64,000 nucleotides of DNA, from positions 36,489,536-36,553,535 of the forward strand of contig NC_068993.1 in the NCBI RefSeq assembly GCF_001194135.2, in the 5' to 3' direction. This stretch comes from Octopus bimaculoides (taxonomy: Eukaryota). How positions within the stretch are numbered: position 1 is the stretch's first letter; each line of letters starts with the position of its first letter. The position numbers and the translations under genes are program-made. Below, piece after piece: positions 11,801 to 23,200 of the stretch. Below the pieces are notes generated by a model. It made no database searches. It had not been told where the DNA came from and worked only from the letters and a program-made list of their open reading frames with translations.

Positions 11801-12360
11801 TTCAAATAACTTGCCTTTAGTGTTTATCATATTGATTTCTCACACAGATACATGTTTGTGAATCTTGAACAATATATAACTTATATAAAATATGATATTG
11901 GATGGAACTTATTTTATTGGGCCCAAGAAGTTTACCAGGCAAGGTTGATCTTGGTGGGATTCGAAAGTTCGTAAAGAACCATAGCATAAACATCGCAAAG
12001 CATTTTCGTGAGAACGCTAACGATTTCGTCAATCCATATTGATGACATGATACAAAGCCAGATATTGATAGGGGAAACAACTCTTGTAGGATTTAAACTC
12101 AGGAAAATGAAATAGTGAATTTTTTCAACAGCTAGATTTGAACCCAAAAGGTAAATGGCTGCAGGTGAATACCGCAAGGGATTTTTCTTGGTGTTCTACC
12201 GATTCTGCTAATCCACAGCTCTGAGCTTTCTTAGTATTAATGTCATTTTCGAGCCAGTTTTGACTCAGTTTGTATTAACTCCATTTCACTCCTGTAGGTA
12301 ATGTTCCTGGGAAAGGCATAAGCATCACAACATCCATTTCTCTTCTGCTATAGATATGTA

Positions 12361-12596
12361 AAGGCGGCGAGCTGGCAGAATTGTTAGAACGCCGGGCGAA
12401 ATGCTTAGCGGTATTTCAACTGCCGTTACACTCTGAGTTTAAATTCCGCCAAGGTCGACTTTGCCTTTCATCCTTTCAGGGTCGATTAAATAAGTACCAG
12501 TTAGGCACTGGGGGGTCGATCTAATCGACTTAATCCCTTTGTCTGTCCTTGTTTGTCCCCTCTATGTTTAGCTCCCCTGTGGGCAATAAAGAAATA
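12361..12596 (+). mobile_element. SINE family B, well-preserved copy
   Basis: Reads aggcggcgagctggcagaattgttag..gagtttaaattcc..gactttgcctttcatcctttc; many diverged relatives occur across the window. Confidence 0.85.
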
Positions 12597-13056
12597 TATA
12601 CAAATATGAAACTTTCTATCTACACAAGTGACAAATAATTAAATGTGCAAGTAAAATAGCTGCTATGATAGTCAATATATCAGTTCAAGCCAATGATGGT
12701 TGCTCTAAGTAGGAGCTCAATGCATCAGAAATAGTCACCAAATCTCCTTCAAATCATACACATCTTAAATAAAAACGGAAGCATTGAAAGAAAAAAAGGA
12801 CAAAACGACAAGATGGTCCAAGTTGGGATGCCTTTAATCATGCAAAATTCCAGAAGATAAACAACAAAACATGTCTGGCCTTGCTTGGAAATAAGTGAGG
12901 GTTGGCAACTGGAATGGTATCTACCTGCAGAAAATCTGCCTCAGCAAATTCTGTCTAATCCATGCAAGCAGAGAAAAGTGAATGTTAAATGATGATGATG
13001 ATGACACCAGTTGAATATTTCATGTTTCTGTAAACCAATTGTTTTCTTCATTTCAG

Positions 13057-13154
13057 AGGAACTGTTTTAGCTCTGGGTTCTGGATGCCTGTATGGTCTCA
13101 ACTTTGTTCCAGCTATCTATATTCAAGATCATTATTCTGGTGCCAGTCCTAATG
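13057..13154 (+). CDS. TMEM144: TMEM144 exon (GTVLALGSGCLYGLNFVPAIYIQDHYSGASPN[G])
   Basis: Acceptor ttttcttcatttcag|, donor |gtaggt; 98 nt, phase 2/1. Matches the TMEM144 motif LYG..FVP.IY. Confidence 0.92.
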
Positions 13155-13789
13155 GTAGGTGGGAAAAATAGCTGTTTTTCTATATTGAGATATTTTAGGC
13201 AATTTCTCCTTTTAGAAAATTTTATATTTTTTCAAATTCCTCTTTAGAATATCAACTGACTCACAAAACCAGGACTTCACAATAGAACCATTATATTAAT
13301 CTTTTTTTTTTATACCAATCCACCTGAGAATGCCCTCAGATTCTATGATACAAGTTTCCTTTCTTAGAGTGATCTAAATTAAAACCCTCCATCAAAATTT
13401 CATCTTCTACCTTCTAAACATGAGCTTAATAACAGCAAAATTACTATTTTCAAAAATCAATTGAAACAACAGCAATATATTTCAAAGAACTATGGCAATG
13501 AAAGAGTAGAACAGATGTCTTCAACAATAAAAAAGAAGGGGACTTACATCATCCGGCCTAAAATTTGTCTTTGTCTTCTGCTAACAAAATATAGATAATA
13601 TAACAAGTTAATAATAATAATAATAATAATAGGATAATAATAATGAACTTGTATACAGTGCTCAGGTACACTATAACTCATCAGAAAAACTAACAAAAAC
13701 TTCATGAACAGTACATGTCACTAATGAAGGAACTTTTTTAATAGTATTGGCTTTATATTATATATATTGTTTATATATATACATATTCT

Positions 13790-14000
13790 TTTACTTCTTT
13801 CAGTCATTTGACTGCAACCATGCTAGAGAACTGCCTTTAGTCAAACAAATTGACCCCAGGACTTATTCTTTGTAAGCCTAGTACTTATTCAATCGATCTC
13901 TTTTGCTGAACTGCTAAGTTACGGGGACGTAAACACACCAGCATTGGTTGTCAAGCGATGGTGGGGGGACAAACACAGACACACAAACATACACACATAT
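13790..14000 (-). mobile_element. SINE family A, 3' half
   Basis: Same sequence family as 1229-1425. Confidence 0.85.
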
Positions 14001-15550
14001 ATATTGTATTATTTGTTCCTTTCTTATGGACAGAATCAGCACAGTTGATATATAGTGAACTGGATTACTGGCATAATGGAAGTTATTGTTTGTTTAAAAT
14101 CGAAGGTGGGGGTACAATTTGCATGGGTTTGCATGAAAGTGCTTTGTTCTTAAGAAGGATCACAAACTATGTATTGTTTCATTGTATAAAAGAGGGTTAA
14201 TATGATTTTGCCCAGAAATCACATTTTCAATATTTTATTTCTGCCCATCCCCACTGCAATTTCTTAATTTTCAACTTTTTTTTTACAAATTTTTTTTTTC
14301 ATCCATGTAAAAAATCTGGGAAATATATTCTTTTTTTAAAAGTTTAATTTTTCTTAAAGAACACTCAATGTCCCTTCCCCCACCTTGCCCACCCATCACC
14401 TACCCTATGTTTCACTTTCGTCTACTTTTTCACGCATGTGTAGAATTGTACTGAAATAGCTGACATAAAAAATATTAGAGCACCACCAGAAAACTTGACA
14501 TGCTAGAAACAACAGGTAAATGACATTATTTCTGAAGGAACTTCCCCGCTTTCCAAAACACATTCTCAATATTTTAATTACTGAATCTATTGATACCCCA
14601 TACATCAAAATCGGCAACTCAGTTTTCAAATGTATTCGTTAATTTCCATAAAATTTTTTTTATTTCTTTATGCTTTGAAGAGAACAGTAATTGAAAGAGA
14701 AGAGAAAGTGAAACCGCGACATTTGCTTTGAAGTGAGAGCAGAAAATGAAAGAGAGTAGAAAGTGAATGATGTATGTCTGTATATATGAATTGGACGTGT
14801 TTGTGTGTGCATGCATGTGCGTGAGAGATAGAGAGAGAAGGAGATAGGGTGAGTGAAGGTGTGTGTTGTCATATATGTGTAAGTGGCACTCACTCAGTCT
14901 CTCTTTCTTTCTTTCTCTCTCTCACGCACATCTTTCATATACATATACATAAATACACATGCATACATTTTTTCTGTATAAATATGTGCATGTGAGAGAG
15001 AAAGAGAGTGAGTGACTCAATTTTGTCATCATCACATATAGAGAAATGGATGTCTTTTAAGGTATACACTCATATGGAAAATGTGATGTTGTTGTCATCG
15101 TGGTATAATATGTTTACAATAGTTGACTTATAGAAATGATTATAATGTAAAATTTTTGTAATGCAAAAGATAGGTAAATGAAAATGAAGTTTATTTGGTA
15201 GTTGTAAGATTACTGAATCTTTTGATACCCTATACGTAAAAATTGGTAATTCAGTTTTCGAATGCATAAAGAAGATACACGCACACACACATGCAAACTC
15301 TCTTTTATATATATGGAAGACATTCCTGTCTGTCATTCTCTCTGTCTCTCACATTCCCCATGTGTCTGTCTCTTCCTGTCTCCTCCCCTTCGCTGATATC
15401 AGCCCCACTCATTATGCCACATTTCCCTGAACCTAACACTTTTGCACCCCTCTCATTTTATTATGTAATAGCCCAACCCCCATAGTTGGTCCATTATCGA
15501 TTTTAATTGAAATCCAATTAGCCTATAATTGAACTGGATGTTAGTTCAAC

Positions 15551-15812
15551 ATGTATACAAAGTTTAGTGAAGATTGGTTCCCTGGTTTGGGTAGGAAGAT
15601 GATAACAGACAGAAATTGTCATTTATATATGACCAGCAATGCATCCCAGCGTTGCCTGAGTGTTATGCTCTACAGCTACATTGTATTATTTGTTCCTTTC
15701 TTATGGGCTGAATCAGTTTGGTGAAGATTGGTTCCCTGGTTTGGGCAAGAAAATGATAACAGACAGATGTGCAAACAGACAAAGACGGAAATTGCCATTT
15801 ATATATAAGATA
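15551..15812 (+). mobile_element. Two tandem ends of a putative non-autonomous Helitron-like element
   Basis: gtgaagattggttccctggtttggg..gataacagacag..aaattg(t/c)catttatatat occurs twice (15551-15630, 15715-15812). The Helitron class is inferred from the (acag)n and tatataagat end. Confidence 0.4.
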
Positions 15813-16033
15813 CGAAGGGCTTTTTTCAGTTTCCATTTATCAAATCCACTCACAAGGCTTTGGTCAGTCCAAGGCTATAGTAGAAGACACTTGCCCAAGG
15901 TACCATGCAGAATGACTGAACCTGGAACCATGTGGCTGGGAAGCAAACTTCTTACCACACAGCCACACCTTCCCCTAGCACAACAAATAGTTTTATTTAA
16001 TTATTTATTTCTGTTTTTTTTTTTTTTTTCTAG

Positions 16034-16305
16034 GTTTGGACTATGTTTTCGCTCATTTCTGTGGGATTTACTTGACTGCATCAACATATTTCTGTATCTA
16101 CGTTATTTTCATGCGTAACAGACCTGTAGTTTACCCTAAAGCTATTCTCCCAGGGATCATATCAGGAATAATGTGGGGTGTTGCCACAGCCTGCTTCTTT
16201 GTGGCCAATGCAGTTCTGTTGGAACCAGTCTCCTTCCCCATTATTACATCAGGGCCAATGTTGATTGCCTCAGCATGGGGAGTGTTGCTCTTTAAAGAAA
16301 TTAAG
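16034..16305 (+). CDS. TMEM144: TMEM144 exon (LDYVFAHFCGIYL...VSFPIITSGP..WGVLLFKEIK)
   Basis: Acceptor (t)nctag|, donor |gtaaat; 272 nt, phase 1/0. Strong match to recalled human TMEM144 LDYVFAHFSGIFL..SFPIITAGP..WG..FKEIK. Confidence 0.96.
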
Positions 16306-16371
16306 GTAAATTACAATTTTTTTTAATGTTTTTTATTTTTTAATTTTTTTTTATTTTGTTATGGTTATCTT

Positions 16372-16762
16372 TTGTCTTTCACTTGTTTCAGTCATTTGAC
16401 TGCGGCCATGCTGGGGCACCATTTTGAAGGATTTCAGTCGAACGAATCAACCCCAGTACTATTTTTCATTAAAGTTTGGTACTTATTGTATCAGTCTCTT
16501 TTTGCCAGACCACTAAGTTATGGGAATGTAAACACACCAACACTAGTTGTCAATTGGTGATGGGGACAAACACAGACACAGTCATACTCACATACACACA
16601 GATATATGACGGGCTTCTTTCAGTTTCCACCTACCAAATCCTTTCACAAGGCTTTGATTAGCCTGAGGCTATAGTAGAAAACACTTGCCAAAGGTGCTAA
16701 GCAGTGGGACTGAACCTAAAACCATGTGGTTGGGAAACAAAGCTTTTTACCACACACCTATG
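16372..16762 (-). mobile_element. SINE family A, full length
   Basis: Both head and tail are recognisable on the minus strand. Confidence 0.85.
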
Positions 16763-17236
16763 CCTGATTCGTTGTTTTTTAAATCTTTTCTTTTTAATTT
16801 TCTTTATAATTTTTTATATTTGCTCAGCTTGGATGAGTCTGTCGTGTTGCTGCTATGGTTGTTGTTGTTACTAATGTTATTTAGTTTTAGCTCAAACTTA
16901 TCTGAGTAGACCTTTGATGAAAGGGCTTCCAGCTTTGACCATTCCAAGCTATGTGCACACAGGAGCTTCTCAACTTCTCAACCATACAGCCATACCTGCA
17001 TTTTGATAGACAATTTGGGAAAGTATGAAGCTAACTTGCCCTGCTAAAAGACAGAGGCTTTAGTGTTATTTCTATGACATGATAGATTATGGAATTTGCC
17101 ATTCTATAAGGCACAGGCATGGTTGTGTGGTTAAGACATTCACTTCCCAATCACATGGTTTTGGGTTCAGTCCTAATTTGTGATGCCTTGGGCAAATATC
17201 TTCTCGTATAACCCTGAGCCAGCCAACACACACTCA

Positions 17237-17470
17237 CTTGGCTTCTTCTTGGCTTCATGCTCTTACTTGATGCAGCTGTGGTCATCACAGATTAGTGGTC
17301 TCAGAGGCGTCATCATGTGTAGAGCCAACCAGCTCCACCAGTGCTCTCCATCTCTGACGACCCCATGCCAGCCCCTCTGCATCAACCAAGGTAATGTCAA
17401 ACCTCTGAAGATCTTTCCCAATCACATCCGGCCATCTGGTGCAGGCCTGCCACAAGGCCTCTTCCAGCCC
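17237..17470 (-). mobile_element. RTE LINE ORF2 3' end (different family)
   Basis: Reads TRWPDVIGKDLQRFDITLVDAEGLAWGRQRWRALVELVGSTH, resembling the RW.D....DL......A.DR..WR tail. Confidence 0.75.
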
Positions 17471-17900
17471 ACAACTGCTGCGTTGAATGAGAATATTTAG
17501 AATCATTGATATTTTGAATGCTTTATTTAATACACCTGCTTCAAGGGGTTATGTAACAATTTACTCCTTAAGTATCATCATTATTAGTTGATCAGAAGCA
17601 ATATTTTGTGTGTATTTGACTGATGAGGGTGACACATAACAAATTGTTGTTACATAATTACTTGAAATATACGTATTAAATAATACATTCAGAATATCAA
17701 TAATTGGTTTTGTGATTATTTCTAATAATATATGATCCAAGTTAGTAAGAATCCAGCCTGTCCCTATGTGGATAATACAATTATGATGCAGTTTTCAAAT
17801 TGGAGTTGAATTTTAAGCTTGCAACTACCTCAGTGAAATATTAAGATATCTGGTAAAGCATACTACTGAATGTGTGTGTGTGTGTGTGTGTAATATAACA

Positions 17901-18232
17901 GAAGGAAGGAAGGAAGGAGCACTCCGTCGGTTACGACGACGAGGGTCCAAGCTGATACGATCAATGGAACAGCCTGCTCGTGAAATTAACATGCAAGTGA
18001 CTGAGAAATCCACAGACACATGTACCCCTAACGTAGTTCTCAGGGAGACTCAGCGTGACACATAGCGTGACAAGGCTGGCCCTTTGAAATACAGGTACTG
18101 CTCATTTTTGCCAGCTGAGTGGACTAGAGCAACATGAAATAAAGTGTCTTGATCAAGGACACAACGCGTTGCTGGGAATCGAACTCATGATCGTGGGCCG
18201 AATGCCCTAACCACTAAGCCACATGCCTTCAC
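17901..18232 (-). mobile_element. SINE family C' (core tccttgatcaagacactttatttc, tail shared with family C)
   Basis: tRNA-like head at ~18180-18232; 3' ~180 bp homologous to 11290-11460; (TTCC)n tail. Confidence 0.85.
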
Positions 18233-18657
18233 TATAACATGAGGATGTGGTAGACAGAAACTGAGGGAGGTTCATTTGTATGTGTGTATGTATATATATA
18301 TATATATGATGAAGGGATGATTATTGAATGGTTATTATTTTGATATTATGATATTTTTTAAATAATTTTTCTATTTTTATATAATAAGTATTTCATATTA
18401 ATTCATTTGGTACTTATTGTTGGTTGAGATATATATCTAATGATTGTTCTACTTACGATCTGACGAGTAGCTATATTTTTGAATAGAACTTATTTTCGAT
18501 AATTTCAATTGATTTTAATCGATTTAAATTTCTTTTCTATTTGAAAATTGGTTATGAAACACGTGTAATCTTTTTATTATATTTATCTTATGATATTTAC
18601 TTTACTTTATATTATACTCATTTATTGTGCTTTTAATTATTAATTTTTCTATATGTG

Positions 18658-19059
18658 NNNNNNNNNNNNNNNNNNNNNNNNNNNNNNNNNNNNNNNNNNN
18701 NNNNNNNNNNNNNNNNNNNNNNNNNNNNNNNNNNNNNNNNNNNNNNNNNNNNNNNNNNNNNNNNNNNNNNNNNNNNNNNNNNNNNNNNNNNNNNNNNNNN
18801 NNNNNNNNNNNNNNNNNNNNNNNNNNNNNNNNNNNNNNNNNNNNNNNNNNNNNNNNNNNNNNNNNNNNNNNNNNNNNNNNNNNNNNNNNNNNNNNNNNNN
18901 NNNNNNNNNNNNNNNNNNNNNNNNNNNNNNNNNNNNNNNNNNNNNNNNNNNNNNNNNNNNNNNNNNNNNNNNNNNNNNNNNNNNNNNNNNNNNNNNNNNN
19001 NNNNNNNNNNNNNNNNNNNNNNNNNNNNNNNNNNNNNNNNNNNNNNNNNNNNNNNNNNN
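18658..19059. other. Assembly gap (N)
   Basis: Run of N ending 10 nt before the last TMEM144 exon. Confidence 1.
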
Positions 19060-19069
19060 TATATTTCAG

Positions 19070-19156
19070 GGACTCAGAAACATGTTAATCCTGTTTTTAG
19101 CATTCGGTTTAACAATAGTCACAGCAGTTCTTTCTGGGCTATCAAAAGTGAAATAA
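19070..19156 (+). CDS. TMEM144: TMEM144 terminal coding exon (GLRNMLILFLAFGLTIVTAVLSGLSKVK*)
   Basis: Acceptor atatttcag|, phase 0, TAA stop. Matches the recalled human GLQNYLLMILAF..SKI end. Confidence 0.93.
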   Translation, partial: GLRNMLILFLAFGLTIVTAVLSGLSKVK

Positions 19157-19191
19157 TAAACATCCAGTTATAAACATTAATTCTTCTTGCA

Positions 19192-19234
<43 letters not shown>

Positions 19235-19613
19235 TACACACACACACATATGTATATACATACATATGTTTATTTACACATATACATAAATATATTTATA
19301 CAGGGTGATTCACAAAGTTCTTTAAGCATGAATATAAACTGGTTAATCACTGAGGTCAGCTGGGTTCAGTGGAGTTTTAGTCTCTCATTCATCCGTCTTC
19401 CTACCTCTCCCTCACACCTCGTCATCACATCTTTCACCCATTACCACTTCATTGCATTTATTAAATCCCCAACTTCAGCACCTCTTAAAAAACATATATA
19501 ATGCTGCTCTAAAAAAATAATGCTTGGAGCAGACCACCCTATTTGGGGCCTTTTAGCTATGTTAGTGTATAAATATTTTACAATGGAATTTATGAATAAA
19601 AATCCTATCTATT

Positions 19614-19656
19614 TGACCCTTTTGATACCAACTCACCTGAGACCACCCCTGGTTCT

Positions 19657-19688
<32 letters not shown>

Positions 19689-19968
19689 CTTCCTGTTTGA
19701 AAGTGACCTAAATTAAAAGTTTCCGTTAAAATTCCATGTTGATTTATGTTCCAAAAAGCAGTTTAACCCTTTTGATACCAAATCACCCAATACCATCCAT
19801 AGAACTAAGATACAGATTTTTTTTATTTCAAAGTAAAGTAAATAAAAACTTTCCATTAAAATTCCATATTAAAAGTTATTTCACTAAATTCTTCATTATT
19901 ACCAAAAATCAATTAAAACAAAGGCATTGTATTTTAACAGGAATTCAGTAACAAAAGGATTAACGACA
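19614..19968 (+). mobile_element. Two tandem TTAA/CCCTTT-ended MITE copies (piggyBac-like ends)
   Basis: Starts gacccttttgatacc and ttaacccttttgatacc; ends gtaacaaaaggattaa. Relatives at 13310-13505, 20020-20300, 20955-21495 and 43300-43480 (-). Confidence 0.6.
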
Positions 19969-20149
19969 AAATTAATTAAAATATATCTACTGTATTTCAA
20001 CAGAAATGTGGTAACAAAAATGTTAAAGTGATCTAAATTAAAATCTTCAATCAAAATATGTTAATATACATTGCAAATGCTAGCTTCATAATGACAAAGT
20101 TATTTTACTATTCTTCATTATTTTCAAAATTAATTAAAGCAAATGACAT

Positions 20150-20275
20150 ATATAGATGTTTTCAATCTAGTTTGGATTCTTTGCCATCAAATTTGATTGC
20201 AAAGAATTCAAATTTGATGGCAAAGAATTTAAATTTGGTGGCAAAGAATCCAAACTAGATCAAAAGCATCTATAT
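20150..20275. repeat. Foldback element: 45-bp inverted arms with three internal 21-bp tandem units
   Basis: 20150-20194 pairs with 20231-20275 (41/45 Watson-Crick); unit aaatttgatggcaaagaatt(c/t) at 20189, 20210 and 20231. Confidence 0.92.
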
Positions 20276-21151
20276 TTCAGTAGAAATATTGTAACAAATG
20301 AGTAAAACCTCCCCTGTTCCATTTATTTTCTTCAACCATGTTGGATAATCTACTTAATTCTATTATTCTTGTTTGTTTTTGGTGCTCTATATAAGCATCA
20401 TATTCTTTTTTTTTTTTTTGTTTTATTTTTCAATCAAAAAGACATCTTTATATTATTAGAACATTTAAATACAAAGAAACAAAAGGAGTGAGATAAAAAA
20501 AAAGAAAGGGAAAAAGAGGTGGGGGGGTAAAGCAGCAGAAGATGTAAGGGGAGGGGGAAGTGGGCCGCATATCCCAGAACAGATGGTGTATTCAGCTGTG
20601 CCTGACAATAATGACCGCAATGGCATTGCCATGAAGAATGGCCAGTATATTATTGTAGATATTTAGCATCAGGTCAGTTCTAATCAAGCTGACGTACAAT
20701 AAGAGGCAGTTCAGCCATGGCCGTCCAGGTTTTTCCATGGTACAATGCATTCAGGACCACTTTATTCAATATGCTCTTATTTAAGACTGTAGAGTATGAT
20801 ATGAGGGTGATTTGGTTGTTATTTCTTGCATGTGAAGCAACCACTGAGAAGCTCCTTCATTAGCACAACAGTCATAAGGTTATCCATGCTGCTAACATGG
20901 TTGATACATCTTTAGCTGCTGAAAACATTCTTTTTTCTGTTCTTTGAAAATATGTCCAATCCTTTTGATACCAACCCTCCTGAAATCATCCCTAGTTCTA
21001 TCATACAAATTCTTCATTTTAAAGTGATCTAAATAAAAATCTTCCATCAAAATTTCATCTTAATAAATCTTCTAAATACACCAACTTAATCACAACGAAG
21101 TTATTTTACTAAATTCATTATTTTCAAAATTAATTCAAACAAGTGTTTCAA

Positions 21152-21410
21152 CAGATAGTGTTATATTTCAGGATGGTTCCCCCGCCTTTTTTTTTTTTGC
21201 CAAATAAACACATGCATTATATAGTGTCATTCACCTGAAATCTTTTGTCACACATCCTGTGACCTCTTCAGTGATATGTGACAAAAGATTTCAAACAAAA
21301 GACATTAAAATAAGAACCATAATAAAGCTGAAGTGAAGAACAAATATACAGTGCATGTGTTTATTTGGCAGAAAAAAACAAATGACCGTCCCAAAATATT
21401 ACAATATCTG
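21152..21410. mobile_element. MITE with CAG..CTG termini, long diverged TIRs and 6-bp flanking duplication
   Basis: tttcaa at 21146-21151 and 21411-21416; 19-bp perfect inverted pair 21198-21216/21352-21370; inner 21-bp inverted pair 21236-21256/21273-21293. Confidence 0.8.
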
Positions 21411-22346
21411 TTTCAACACACAATTTCACATCAGGAATCTTGCAAAACAAATACATAAATGTTTCAGCAGAAATATAGTAATAAAAGTGTTAATAAGAAG
21501 AGGAATTCTTCTTTCCTAAATGCCAACAAATTTCTACTAGAATTTCAAAGTTAAACAGAGTGATATATCACAATTCTGCCATCTAGTATCACTACCATTA
21601 TAATGTCCTGCTTATATCATTAGAAGTTATCACATCAATTCTATATTTTCTTCTCTAATTTCTATTAATTGTTAATGGCACTAATTGATAATGATTTCAT
21701 CATTCATTTGTAATACAATAACAAACGAAACAAAAACCTGAAAATTATTTATTTGCTATTGTGTAAATATACATGCATAAATATAGATATTTATTTGTAT
21801 GCATATGTCTTTGTTGATCGTGTATGTATTTGTGAATAATTTGCAAATACTTTCAATAATGACACTAGTGCTAGTTGTAGTGAAGTGTGATCAAATAAAT
21901 GGTTATGAAGTTTGCTACACAACCATGAGGGCCCCAGGTTCAATTTCACTACATGGCACTTTTGAGTAAATGTCATTTTCGAAAACCTTGGTTTCACCCA
22001 TATGTTGTGAATGAAACTGGATTGAGAGAAACTGCATTGAAGCTCATTGGATACCTGTAATTCAAAAGGTACAGCTGTCATGCTTTGTGTTGCATCAATA
22101 CTGCCAAAAAATTAAGATAAGGCTATATGTTTCTGTGAAATACTCTGCCACTTACACACTTATCCAATGAACAGGTAGTTCAGTTGGTTGAACAACTGAA
22201 TTTTCTCATTGTTGAAAGTGGTGGGGACCCATTCATCCATCTCCTAGATGTAGTTGAAAGATGATGATGGTGTTGGTGATAATGATAATGAAAATTATAA
22301 ACCCATATATACACACATATCTACTAGGTTATGTGTATGTTTTGCT

Positions 22347-22664
22347 GTGAAGGCACATGGCTCAGTGATTAGAACATCAGGCTGACAATCATAAGGTAGT
22401 GAGTTTGATTCCTGGAACGGGCTGTGTGCTGTGTTCTTGAGCAAGACACTTTATTTCACATTGTTCCAGTTCCCTCAGCTGTAGAAATGAGTTACAATGT
22501 CGCTGGTGCCAAGTTGTATAGGTCTTTGCCTTTCCCTTGGATAACACTGGTGGTGTGGAGAGGGCAGGGTGGAATGCATGGGCAACTGCTGGCCTTCCCC
22601 AAGCAACTTTGCCCGAACTTCCTAGGTGCAATCCCATGGTCATTCATGACCAAAGGAGGTCTTC
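22347..22664 (+). mobile_element. SINE with family C' head and core but a different tail
   Basis: Core ttcttgagcaagacactttatttcac, followed by a tail unrelated to that of 17901-18232. Confidence 0.75.
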
Positions 22665-22989
22665 TATGTGTCTGTTCTTCTGTAATGATAAGGCGTAAAA
22701 TTGATTTCTACTGTGCTACATTTTAACCCTTTCACCTTATCCAAGCCAAAGCATGTGATCCCTACTCTTTTACCTTAACATTAATCCATTCCTTCTCAGT
22801 CACAAACCTAGAATCCCTGCCCTCAATTTCCTCCTCCTGTCTGACATTCATAATATGCCCTCTAGTACAGGTATCTTCACAAAAGATAAAGAAAGTGGTT
22901 AGATGCAGTTTGTGTACCATGCCACCTATTTGCATTAATTGGTTACAACAAAGACTTACATTTCTTTCAATTTCTAACCCTTCCAAAGT

Positions 22990-23200
22990 CATTTTTTGTA
23001 TTTACCTTTTTCTAACTCGACTAGAAACTGTACTGACATCTCTTCCCTAGTTTCACCAACACATTACAATATGGCTGGATTCTTGGATAATTACCTCAAC
23101 CCCACTTACATCTCATCCTACATCAATATCTCACACAACACATCTTCATTTAACCTCCTAATATTTGCGTTTCTACCAATTCTGTCAAGTCTATGACAGC
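22990..23200 (+). mobile_element. Possible Penelope-like RT remnant
   Basis: DISSLVSPTHYNMAGFLDNYLNPTYISSYIN resembles the PLE RPIIS...SPTY.LA.FL...L.P....SY.. motif; highly degenerate. Confidence 0.35.

Noticed and set aside
20400-20670. Minus-strand AATAAA plus poly(A), suggesting a retrocopy
   Set aside because: No convincing TSD and no recognisable protein; could be an L1/Tx1 end but is unsupported.
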